From contig CAVZSQ010000022.1 in the NCBI GenBank assembly GCA_963777955.1, forward strand, positions 512,001-576,000: a DNA stretch of 64,000 nucleotides, written 5' to 3'. The notes under the pieces were generated by a model. The model saw only the letters and a list, made by a program, of their open reading frames with translations. It had not been told where the DNA came from and searched no databases. This document shows positions 1 to 10,567 of the stretch, piece after piece. How positions within the stretch are numbered: position 1 is the stretch's first letter; the number at the start of each line of letters is the position of its first letter. Made by a program: the position numbers and the translations under genes. Source of the stretch: Calditrichia bacterium (GTDB lineage Bacteria; Calditrichota; Calditrichia; JAJRVZ01).

Positions 1-1858
<1,858 letters not shown>

Positions 1859-1920
1859 TATTTTTCCAAACCAACAACTTTTCACATCTTCACCCTATTG
1901 TTTTTTTTTAACCCAGATCT

Positions 1921-2037
1921 TCTGGTGACTATGGCGGTGGGGTCACACCTCTTCCCTTTCCGAACAGAGCAGTTAAGCCCACCAGCGCTGATGGTACTGT
2001 TCCTATGACTGGAACGGGAGAGTAGGTCGTCACCAGA
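1921..2037 (+). rRNA. rrf: 5S rRNA
   Basis: Terminal stem TCTGGTGAC...GTCACCAGA, with CCGAAC-AGTTAAG and GATGGTACT...GGGAGAGTAGGT motifs; about 62 bp after the 23S end and followed by a T-run. Confidence 0.96.
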
Positions 2038-2124
2038 TTTTTTTTTATATGACCCACCCCTACCAAATGTCCTCTCCCTTCATTACCCGCAATCTTCAGA
2101 TTGCGGCTACCGAACATCAAACAT

Positions 2125-2265
2125 ACCATTCCGAATCCCCGCCGCCTGCCTTGTGGCAGGTCTGTCGAGCGGGGTGGGAATCTTACCCTCATCTAAAAGA
2201 AAAGATTCTTCCTCATCCCGACCTGCCTGCTGTCAGGCCTATCGGTCGGGATTCGTCAGAATGAC
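2125..2265. repeat. Inverted pair of REP-like palindromic elements with nested CCTGCC..GGCAGG-type mini-hairpins
   Basis: Copy A is CCATTCCGAATCCCCGC...GCGGGGTGGGAATCT (2125-2183). Copy B is AGATTCTTCCTCATCCCGAC...GTCGGGATTCGTCAGAATGAC (2203-2265), an inverted version of the same GTCATTC..GAATCT framework. Confidence 0.6.
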
Positions 2266-2384
2266 ACTTCGGAAAAAACTGGTAAGAAGGAGGGTAGTCC
2301 TGTACAAATATCTGCTGCCTATGGCGTCTTTTCTAAGATGTAATTGCGTTTTTACTCAAAGAAAAGATGTAAAATAAAATTGGT

Positions 2385-3488
2385 TCAAATAGACTTGCTA
2401 TAAATTCTAATCGTCTCTTCTGCGGCGGTTAAAATGTTTAACCTGGTGCGGGCATCATCGAGGTTATGCTGCTTGATATTTCTGCGGAATTCCTGATCAT
2501 TTATTATTTCACTAATAGCAGCGGCCATACCGACCGGATCCTCGGCAGGAACAATTAATCCGTTGCGGCGATCAATGATTATCTCCGGCAAGACATTCAC
2601 TTCAGTGGCCACCAGCGGAATACCCATGGACATGTACTCCATGGCAATCCGGCAAATTGCCTCCGAACCTTTTGAAGCTACAATCCCGATATCCAGAATA
2701 CTGATCAACGCCTCCACAGGACTATAATGATCCAGAAAAGTAATATACCGTTCGACATTGTATGAAGCTGCCAGTTCTTTTAACCGGCTTACCTTTACCT
2801 TGCCTTCCTGACCACTGATTATTAAATGCACATCCTGCCGTTCTTCCACTACCAGGGCCAGGGCTTTAATAGTCGTTGGAAAATCCTTCACTACCGACAG
2901 ACGGCCGATCTGCCCCAACAACACTTTGTGCTCATCCAGATCAAATTTTTTTAGTACTTCGGCATTCTTCTCGCGGGGATAAAATATTTCATGGTTCACG
3001 CCTCCGTGAATGACTACACTCTTCTTGTCAATCTCAGGCCAGTATGATTGATAGCGGATTAAATTAGCTGCTGCTGAGAAAATCATAAAACGGGTAAAAT
3101 GATCATGAAGGTAACGGTTTAAAATATTTGTTCTGGGGGCCCGGACATCACCCACCGTCCGCACCAGGGGAATACCTGCTTTCCGGGCAACCAATGCCGC
3201 CAATAAATGGTCTTCCGGCCGGTGAGCATTAATAATCTCTATTTTATTACGCTGAATAAAACGATGCAACTGTCTCATCCCGCCCAGATAGCGGAAGGGA
3301 TTCCGGGTTGAAAATGGTACTTCTACTACTGTTAATCCAGCCTGCCGGGCATATTGAGTAGCGAGAAAACCTGGATCACCTGCGATCCATACATCATGCC
3401 CCAGTTTCTTCTGGGCCAGAGCAATACTGATGGCGTAATAAGCACAGGCATTCCACCAGCGCACAGAAATAGTATGCAGAATGCGGAT
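2385..3488 (-). CDS. GT4 (GT-B) glycosyltransferase; start extended to a probable non-canonical ATC codon
   Basis: Motifs GQIGRLSVVK, SEAICRIAMEYMSMGIPLVAT and NGLIVP. The N-terminal RILHTIS segment is in frame upstream of the ORF-track GTG at 3464. Confidence 0.85.
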   Translation of the reverse strand: MRILHTISVRWWNACAYYAISIALAQKKLGHDVWIAGDPGFLATQYARQAGLTVVEVPFSTRNPFRYLGGMRQLHRFIQRNKIEIINAHRPEDHLLAALVARKAGIPLVRTVGDVRAPRTNILNRYLHDHFTRFMIFSAAANLIRYQSYWPEIDKKSVVIHGGVNHEIFYPREKNAEVLKKFDLDEHKVLLGQIGRLSVVKDFPTTIKALALVVEERQDVHLIISGQEGKVKVSRLKELAASYNVERYITFLDHYSPVEALISILDIGIVASKGSEAICRIAMEYMSMGIPLVATEVNVLPEIIIDRRNGLIVPAEDPVGMAAAISEIINDQEFRRNIKQHNLDDARTRLNILTAAEETIRIYSKSI

Positions 3489-3512
3489 AATTGCTCCTTA
3501 CATTCTATTAAT

Positions 3513-3669
3513 AGATCCCGGGTCCTGTCGCCAGGTCTTCGACATGTCCGGGATGACAATTACACCACAGTTTTGTTCCGCTTCATTCAACCGGGATCAA
3601 GTTCAAAATGATAATTACATGACCGTTTTGTACCGCTTTTTTGTCATCCCGGCCGAAGAGCCGGGATCT
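3513..3669. repeat. REP-like palindromes (AGATCCCGG..CCGGGATGAC / GTCATCCCGG..CCGGGATCT) with a degenerate ~55-bp direct repeat between them
   Basis: 3513-3557 and 3643-3669 are inverted copies. ATGA(C/T)AATTACA....GTTTTGT(T/A)CCGCTT occurs twice, near 3553 and 3608. Confidence 0.65.
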
Positions 3670-3687
3670 CAATATGATCAAAGACTT

Positions 3688-4437
3688 CTATGTATTGTTC
3701 CGTAATTCCCATAACTTGAGATATTTCAGGAAAACATAGTAACTGCCCAGCAGGGCAATAATCAATCCTACAAACCCGTCGCGAAAGCCTGCCTGAATAA
3801 AATAAGACTTGCAGAATTTTATAATTGGATTGATCAATATATTCCAGTATAAATCTTTTTCGCCTTTTTGCAGCATTTCGGCCGCTGCCTGGGAGGTGAG
3901 AATATTTATTTTATTTATATGATCGGTTATATTTTCATACGAATAATGCAGTAAATCACCTTTCAATTTTTCACAGCGGCTCTTGACCTGCCAGTACTCA
4001 TGAATATCCAGCCCGGCCCAATGACCCTGTTGACGGTTGAATAACCTCACTTTATAATCAGGATACCAGCTGCCGTGAGTAATCCATTTACCGAGATAAA
4101 ACATTTTCCGGGGCATCTGGTAGGCCTGCGCGGCCAGACCGGCTTGCCTGCTCCGCATTATTTCATATTTTAGTTGATCGGATACTTCTTCATCAGCATC
4201 GATGGAAAAGATCCAATCATATCTGGCCAGGCCGGTGGCATAGATCTTCTGCTTGACAAAACCTTCCCAGTTATGCTGGATAACACGGCTGGTATACTTT
4301 TTACTCAGGACTATGGTTTGATCCGTGCTGAAAGAATCAACGACAACAATTTCGTCTGCCCAGTCCAGACTCTGCAGGCAGCGTTCAATATTTTTTTCTT
4401 CGTTAAAGGCAATAACAATAGCTGATATTTTTTCCAT
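3688..4437 (-). CDS. GT2 glycosyltransferase, LPS core WaaE/KdtX-like
   Basis: Motifs ISAIVIAFNEE, VVVDSFSTDQT, WIFSIDADE, YPDYKVRLF and GFRDGFVGL. Confidence 0.88.
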   Translation of the reverse strand: MEKISAIVIAFNEEKNIERCLQSLDWADEIVVVDSFSTDQTIVLSKKYTSRVIQHNWEGFVKQKIYATGLARYDWIFSIDADEEVSDQLKYEIMRSRQAGLAAQAYQMPRKMFYLGKWITHGSWYPDYKVRLFNRQQGHWAGLDIHEYWQVKSRCEKLKGDLLHYSYENITDHINKINILTSQAAAEMLQKGEKDLYWNILINPIIKFCKSYFIQAGFRDGFVGLIIALLGSYYVFLKYLKLWELRNNT

Positions 4438-4454
4438 AAAATCCTGTTTATTTT

Positions 4455-5552
4455 TCAGTTTGTACCGTTGAATTGTGCACGGAATATTTTATCCAGTTGA
4501 TCATAAATCGCCATGGCTGAAAAGTTATACTCGACAAATTTTCTGCCCGCCTGTCCCATCTGGCGTCTTAACTCCGGTTTATCAAAAAGTAATTGCAGTT
4601 TTTTACTCATGTACAGGCTGTCATGCGGCGGGGCTAAAAATCCGGTGTGATTATGCTGCACTACCTCCGGTAAACTGCTGGTGTTGAAGGCGATCACCGG
4701 ACGTTCCAGTAATTGAGCTTCAATCGCTGTAAAACAGAATCCTTCAAACAGGGAAGGAATCAGTACTACATCTACGGCCTGGTAGTAGGGTTGGATCTGA
4801 TCGACGTGACCGACCAGGCGGCAATGATTGCTTAAATTTAATCTGTTTATTTTATTCTTGAGTGAATTTTCTTCTTCCCCCTCGCCTACAATTAATAAAT
4901 AAACATCCGGATAAATATTTATTAATTGCTGCAAGACTTCCAGCGCATAACCATGACCTTTCTGCCTGGCCAGACGGCCGATAATTCCAAGTACTTTAGC
5001 GGTAGCGGGTATATGCAGTTGCTGGCGGATATCCTGGGGCCGGAATTTTGCAAACGCCTGGCTATCGATGGGATTGTAAACCAAATGTATGCTTTTCTGC
5101 GGAAACCAGGGAAAACTGTGGCGGATCGTATTACCGGTGGCCGTGGAGTTTACAATGATTTGATCCACCTTTTTATATTTCAGGCGATTGAAATAATTAT
5201 TGGTAATTGCTTTATCCAGGCCACGCCTGAAAATAATGCCTGTGCGTCCATTGTATTTTTTAATATAATTTGCCAGGGTAAGATCACGGCCGGAATTTGC
5301 AATAATCAGTAATGAATCCCTGGTATCAATAAAGGTATTGAGAATTTGTTTGTCTGCCGTCAAAGTAAAACGGCCGGGTTTCAGAGAATGGCAACTGAGA
5401 TTATCATCATGGCAGCGGCGTGCTAATTTACTGTCGGTCAGGGTGAGTACTTCGACACGGTAATTCCGGTTCCTGAATTCCATAGCACTCTGCCAGGTCC
5501 AGCGCTCGCCGCCGCCCCAGATCGGTGACAGGTTTATAAAAAGTAAAGTCAC
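4455..5552 (-). CDS. GT4 glycosyltransferase
   Basis: Motifs WGGGER, GRLARQKGH and PSLFEGFCFTAIEAQ. Confidence 0.88.
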   Translation of the reverse strand: MTLLFINLSPIWGGGERWTWQSAMEFRNRNYRVEVLTLTDSKLARRCHDDNLSCHSLKPGRFTLTADKQILNTFIDTRDSLLIIANSGRDLTLANYIKKYNGRTGIIFRRGLDKAITNNYFNRLKYKKVDQIIVNSTATGNTIRHSFPWFPQKSIHLVYNPIDSQAFAKFRPQDIRQQLHIPATAKVLGIIGRLARQKGHGYALEVLQQLINIYPDVYLLIVGEGEEENSLKNKINRLNLSNHCRLVGHVDQIQPYYQAVDVVLIPSLFEGFCFTAIEAQLLERPVIAFNTSSLPEVVQHNHTGFLAPPHDSLYMSKKLQLLFDKPELRRQMGQAGRKFVEYNFSAMAIYDQLDKIFRAQFNGTN

Positions 5553-5725
5553 AGGATTTCCAATTTCATATATGATTTTATAATGTAAAGTATAAAAAAA
5601 ATGGATAATAAAAAATAACTTAATGAAATTTAGTTGTAATAATGAGTATAGAACTGAACTTTAAATTTTATTTTGAATTAAACTTGATTAAATTTAAAGA
5701 GATATGAAATAGTACTAAAGACCAC

Positions 5726-6949
5726 ATGATTGAAAAAAAGGATACATATTTAGAACGGATTTTAATTGTTATAATAATACTTTGGAGTATCATCTTATCC
5801 TGGTCGCTGGCCGGGATGCAGGTAATGCTGGGATTGGTCATTGTCAGTTATCTGATCGTTTGCCTGCTGCAACACAAGCATCCAATTCAATTTCATGCAT
5901 TTTATATCGTCAGCGGAATTTATATAATATTCAATCTGATTATCCTGATATCCTCCGCTGATCCGGTGAAATCAATCATCAGTTTTATAAATAACGACTG
6001 GGTCATTTTTACCATTCCTTTTATTGTTTCGTTAAACCTGTCGGGCAGATGGAGAAAAATAGTTTTTCAGGCAGTTTTAGTATCAGCGCTGCTGGCAGCC
6101 CTTTACGGTATTTTCCAGTTTTTCAGCGGACTGGATTTAATCCGTAATACAAAATTGGGGCTGCTGGGAACACATTACCGTGCTGTCGGTGCCTATGGTT
6201 CCTTTCTTTCCTATGCCGGTAATCAATTGATGGTGTTTGCCTGTGCTTATGCCTTCTTTTTATTAAGCACAAAAAGCAAAATCGAGAAAACGATCTACCT
6301 GCTGGCTGCCGGTATCATGTTGCTCAGTATCGTTGCTTCGCAGAGCCGCAGCACCTGGCTGGCCATTCCGGTTATCCTGGTGATCGGATTATTAGCAGTC
6401 CCCAAAAAACAGATATTTTATGCGGCTATACTTTTAGTGGTTATAGCCGCCGGGGTTATCACCTTTGTACCGGAAATATCCTCGCGCTTTATGAATATTT
6501 TTAATCCGGCTCAGAACGAAACCCGCTTAAATTTATGGAGGACTTCGCTGGCGATCATTGCGGATCACCCGCTGACGGGTATAGGTTCGGGTACCTTCAA
6601 TGACTATTTCGAAATTTACCGCGTACCCGGTTTCTATGATGCCCGCGGTCATGCTCATAACGATTATATAAATAAAGCTGTAATCAGCGGATTAATCGGA
6701 TTGATTACCTGGCTGGCTATGTGGGTAACCTGGTTCATTTATATGGTGCGGGTGTATATAAGATTGCCGGAAAATGACGATGACAAGAAAATTGTTCTGG
6801 GGACTATACTGGCCCTCAGTGGAATATTAATTGCTGCCCTGTTTCAATGTTACTACACGGATCTGGAAAATAATATTGTGTGGTGGTTTATGGCCGCCTG
6901 GGGATTGCAGATTTCGCTGCAAAAAAGAGCAGCAAAGCCGGCGCTTTGA
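5726..6949 (+). CDS. O-antigen ligase (WaaL/Wzy_C) family membrane protein
   Basis: Multi-TM protein with SQSRSTW, RLNLW, HPLTGIGSGTF and HAHNDY motifs. Confidence 0.85.
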   Translation: MIEKKDTYLERILIVIIILWSIILSWSLAGMQVMLGLVIVSYLIVCLLQHKHPIQFHAFYIVSGIYIIFNLIILISSADPVKSIISFINNDWVIFTIPFIVSLNLSGRWRKIVFQAVLVSALLAALYGIFQFFSGLDLIRNTKLGLLGTHYRAVGAYGSFLSYAGNQLMVFACAYAFFLLSTKSKIEKTIYLLAAGIMLLSIVASQSRSTWLAIPVILVIGLLAVPKKQIFYAAILLVVIAAGVITFVPEISSRFMNIFNPAQNETRLNLWRTSLAIIADHPLTGIGSGTFNDYFEIYRVPGFYDARGHAHNDYINKAVISGLIGLITWLAMWVTWFIYMVRVYIRLPENDDDKKIVLGTILALSGILIAALFQCYYTDLENNIVWWFMAAWGLQISLQKRAAKPAL

Positions 6950-6968
6950 TTCTTGCCTCCCCGCGCGG

Positions 6969-8381
6969 TTAATAAGCATTTTCCCCTTTCAGGATAGCCA
7001 TAAATGTAAGAATAATTATTTTAAGATCGAACCACAACGACCAGTTCTCGATATAATAAATATCATATTTAGTCCGCTCTTCGACAGGTGATTGTCCGCG
7101 TAAACCGTTAACCTGGGCCCAGCCGGTTATACCGCTGCGGACCCGGTGGCGTTCGGAATATTTTGGAATAAGATAGCGGAACTGCTGGACAAAATGCGGG
7201 CGTTCCGGACGTGGCCCCACCAGACTCATATCTCCCCTGAGTATATTAAATAGTTGCGGTAATTCATCCAGGCTGGTCCGGCGTAAAAAACGTCCGACCG
7301 CAAATACCCGGGGATCTCCGGCGGTGGCCCAGACCGGACCGGTTTTCTGCTCGGCATCAGTCCTCATGGTACGGAACTTCCAGATAAAAAACCTGCGGCC
7401 ATCCAATCCGATCCTTTCCTGTTTATAAAAAACAGGTCCCGGCGAAGTGACCTTGATCAGCAAAGCGATTATTAACCAGAATGGCAGCGAAAGTAATAAA
7501 GCTACTACCGAAATGATAGTATCAAAAATATACTTGATAAATCCCTGCCAACCGGAGAGGGAGATAGATTTCAATTTGAGCAGCAGCAAACCCTGTAAAT
7601 CGACAGCTGTATAGTGCGAAGTCATCAATTCAAGAATATCGGGCATATAGTATAATTCGATATTCTTGCCCTCGATACTTTTAATTATATCGAGAATACG
7701 ATACGATTCATGCTCCGGGAAGCCGACGATCACCGCATCAGGTTTATTTTTGGTCAAAAAAGTATCCAGTTCGTTTATACCGGCCAATAAGGGCTGTGCT
7801 AATGCTGGAATCTCCCTGTCACTGAGATACCCGAGGATATTAAAATCATGTTTCCGGGTTTGCTGCAAATGGCCGGCTAATTTTTCGAGCAATTCCGCCG
7901 AGCCGATCAGCAGAGTATTAACTATAGTGAATCCCTGCCTGGTTAATTTATTCTTGAGGCGGTGAAATATAAATCTGCTGAATAACAAAAACAGTTGACT
8001 GTTCAAATAGATCAGTAAAAAAACGGTACGTGAATATGAAAAACCTCTGTATAAAAAAGCCGCACTCATGCCCAGTAAAATCCCCAGCAGCGCTACCTTC
8101 AGGATAGAAGGAATCTCTTCGGAAAAACTGGAATAAATCCTGGAGTCATAAGCACGGGAACTGATAAACAGAATAAAATAGACCAGGGTCAAAACCAGAC
8201 CAAAATAAAAGTAACTCAGGTAAGGTGGAATAATGCCCCTGGGGGTCGGGACATAAATGATCAGCGGCGAATAAAAACGCAGCCAATATGAGAATGAGAT
8301 AGCCAGAGTTATGGCCGTAATATCCGCTACCATTTTTAAAAATGGTATGTACAGATTTTTTTTGTATATATCGAACTTCAT
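6969..8381 (-). CDS. wcaJ: Undecaprenyl-phosphate glucose phosphotransferase (initiating sugar transferase)
   Basis: N-terminal TM helices; KFRTM, FLRRTSLDELPQLFNILRGDMSLVGPRPERP, GITGWAQVNGLRG and DIYYIENWS. Confidence 0.9.
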   Translation of the reverse strand: MKFDIYKKNLYIPFLKMVADITAITLAISFSYWLRFYSPLIIYVPTPRGIIPPYLSYFYFGLVLTLVYFILFISSRAYDSRIYSSFSEEIPSILKVALLGILLGMSAAFLYRGFSYSRTVFLLIYLNSQLFLLFSRFIFHRLKNKLTRQGFTIVNTLLIGSAELLEKLAGHLQQTRKHDFNILGYLSDREIPALAQPLLAGINELDTFLTKNKPDAVIVGFPEHESYRILDIIKSIEGKNIELYYMPDILELMTSHYTAVDLQGLLLLKLKSISLSGWQGFIKYIFDTIISVVALLLSLPFWLIIALLIKVTSPGPVFYKQERIGLDGRRFFIWKFRTMRTDAEQKTGPVWATAGDPRVFAVGRFLRRTSLDELPQLFNILRGDMSLVGPRPERPHFVQQFRYLIPKYSERHRVRSGITGWAQVNGLRGQSPVEERTKYDIYYIENWSLWFDLKIIILTFMAILKGENAY

Positions 8382-8398
8382 CGGGTAATGGATTTTAA

Positions 8399-9349
8399 TT
8401 ATTTCTTAATTTGAAAATTAGGCCGAGCATAATTGGAATGCCAGTAATATTTTTGCCCGCTGGCCCAGCGGATTAATTTTCCCGGCAGACCATGACCATA
8501 AAATCCACAGCGGTAACCAAGCCATTTAGCCAGCAGTAAAGCCATGATTCTGGGTAATAGCCAGGGCTGCCGCGGCAAGGTATGTCCAAGCAAAGCGATG
8601 GTGAAATTAAGACCGCGGGATTCATCTGTACCGACCAATTCCCTGATCCAGCGGTTTTCGGCGCGAACATAGCCAATATCGAAATAGCGTTGAAACTCCT
8701 GCCGCAGGGAATAGGTATGGGAGTGATAGACCTGTGCCTCGGCTACATAGGCGATACGCTGACCCCGGGATAATAATCTGGCCACGGTGACGTAATCCTC
8801 ATTGCTCAGGATGGCCGGAAATCCACCCACCTGGTCCAGTGCAGCATTGGACCAGGCAGCGCAACTATTGGAGCAAAAAAAGGTGTACACATCATAAGTT
8901 TTGCTATCCGCTAAACCGCGAATCTGGCTGACAGCGGGATAATTGAATTCACGCTGAAAGGCTTCCAGCAGACCTGCTCCCTGATGCGGGAGCTGCCGGG
9001 CATAACTGACAGCCGCTACCCCCGCCAGCAGCGGTTGAACCAGGAAGCCCAGCATGCCGGCATCGACAGGATATGCATCCTGGGTCAGCATGATTACTAT
9101 CTCGGTACCGAGTAATTTTCGTCCCCGCTCGCGGGTAGCCCCATGATTGAATTCAAGCGGTTTGATAATTTCAATTTGTGCTCCCAGGCGCTGTGCTATT
9201 TCTCTGGTCTGGTCGGTCGACGAGGTGTCGATGACCAGCACTTTTGGCTTAAGCGGTGAATCAAAAATAGGTCCCAGGCAACGCCGTAAATGCTTTTCAG
9301 CATTACGAGTCAGCAGTAAAACACCGAATTTATTATTTTCCGTATTCAT
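8399..9349 (-). CDS. GT2 glycosyltransferase, rhamnosyltransferase (RfbN/WbaN-like)
   Basis: Motifs FNHGATR, MLTQDA, SYARQLP, FCSNSCAA and VYHSH..YFDIG typical of this family. Confidence 0.8.
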   Translation of the reverse strand: MNTENNKFGVLLLTRNAEKHLRRCLGPIFDSPLKPKVLVIDTSSTDQTREIAQRLGAQIEIIKPLEFNHGATRERGRKLLGTEIVIMLTQDAYPVDAGMLGFLVQPLLAGVAAVSYARQLPHQGAGLLEAFQREFNYPAVSQIRGLADSKTYDVYTFFCSNSCAAWSNAALDQVGGFPAILSNEDYVTVARLLSRGQRIAYVAEAQVYHSHTYSLRQEFQRYFDIGYVRAENRWIRELVGTDESRGLNFTIALLGHTLPRQPWLLPRIMALLLAKWLGYRCGFYGHGLPGKLIRWASGQKYYWHSNYARPNFQIKK

Positions 9350-9379
9350 GCGATATCTACTACTTAAAAATAATTTACA

Positions 9380-10567
9380 TTATTTGCGTCTATCATCTGC
9401 TAAAATGGCATTAATCGTTTCCACGGTATATTTTAAATTGCCGGAGGGATGCCGGTAAAATATGCGATCGATTTGCTCGCTGCAATTTGGAATCCGCTCT
9501 GCTGAAATATCCCGCAGTATTTCGCCGGGTTTAAGATACGGTGACAGGCCCAGGCGCTTATAAATTTCACCGCCTTCCTTAAGTAACTTTTCAGTACTTA
9601 AAAAAACACAATTTCCCCCCAGGTATATCCATTCAAAAGCGAGAGTGGACAATCCAGAAATCAGAATTTTATACCTTGATATTCCCTGCAGGAATTCTGC
9701 AGCCGGAGAAGTATCGATTCGCACCGGCAAGGAATAATTTCGAAGGAATTCTTCATATATCCGCACATCATCACGGGGGTGTACCCTGAGACAGATATCA
9801 AACCGCCCGGCCTGACTTTCCGCAATACTTTGCAGCAAGCCGTGAATGGAATCCAGTTGTTCATTATGGCCGGAGGCATCCAGGTGCCAGAGATAAGCCT
9901 GGGTGATATAAATGAGTTCCTTTTTTCGCAGCGGAACTTCAGGTTTGTCCTGCACGGCCGGGTAACGATCCAGCAGCAATGGCCCGCTCAGATAAATGTT
10001 AGATTCAGGGATCTTTCTCTCGCGCAGGGTATTTTTATTGAGAGATCCGATGGTAAACAGGTAATCGGCGTAGTAATTATTAAAGAAGCGTATGGACAAG
10101 CTGGATCTTATTTTTTCCGTTAAGAAAAAAAACCGGTCGGATAGCGATATCGCTTTCCGGCCGAACAATAATAAACCGCGTACATAGGCCAGGTGCAGTA
10201 CGGACGGATACAGTAATATTAATATCCGGTGAAAAATCAACGGGACACCGGAAAGAATATGGGTGATTTTATTCTGCCGGAATATCCGGATCAGCATCAG
10301 GGCATTGATCAGGATAATGATTATTTTTTTAAACACAGACAATTGTTTGAAATTATGTTCAAATGGATTTTTTGCGGTAAATGTTTTTACAAATAATGAA
10401 TCAGTTTCCCCGCTATAATCTGCCAGATGATAGATAGGATGAGTCTTAAAGAGGATGAACTCCCGTTGATCCTGTTTTGCAGCGAGAAGTTCCCGCACCA
10501 GAACTACCAGTTCGTTGAATTCTTCCCTGTTTTCGACCGCAAATAAAATTTTTACCGGGTGATCCAT
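9380..10567 (-). CDS. Hypothetical GT-B-like protein; candidate pseudaminic acid (nonulosonate) transferase
   Basis: YITQ...LRVHPRD...STLAFE resemble the HP and S/T motifs of CMP-sugar GT-B transferases. Lies directly after wzx and the pse genes. Confidence 0.5.
   Translation of the reverse strand: MDHPVKILFAVENREEFNELVVLVRELLAAKQDQREFILFKTHPIYHLADYSGETDSLFVKTFTAKNPFEHNFKQLSVFKKIIIILINALMLIRIFRQNKITHILSGVPLIFHRILILLYPSVLHLAYVRGLLLFGRKAISLSDRFFFLTEKIRSSLSIRFFNNYYADYLFTIGSLNKNTLRERKIPESNIYLSGPLLLDRYPAVQDKPEVPLRKKELIYITQAYLWHLDASGHNEQLDSIHGLLQSIAESQAGRFDICLRVHPRDDVRIYEEFLRNYSLPVRIDTSPAAEFLQGISRYKILISGLSTLAFEWIYLGGNCVFLSTEKLLKEGGEIYKRLGLSPYLKPGEILRDISAERIPNCSEQIDRIFYRHPSGNLKYTVETINAILADDRRK

Noticed and set aside
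3552..3645. Direct repeats as a mini CRISPR array
   Set aside because: Only two degenerate copies are present, embedded in palindromic elements, with no cas genes and no regular spacers.
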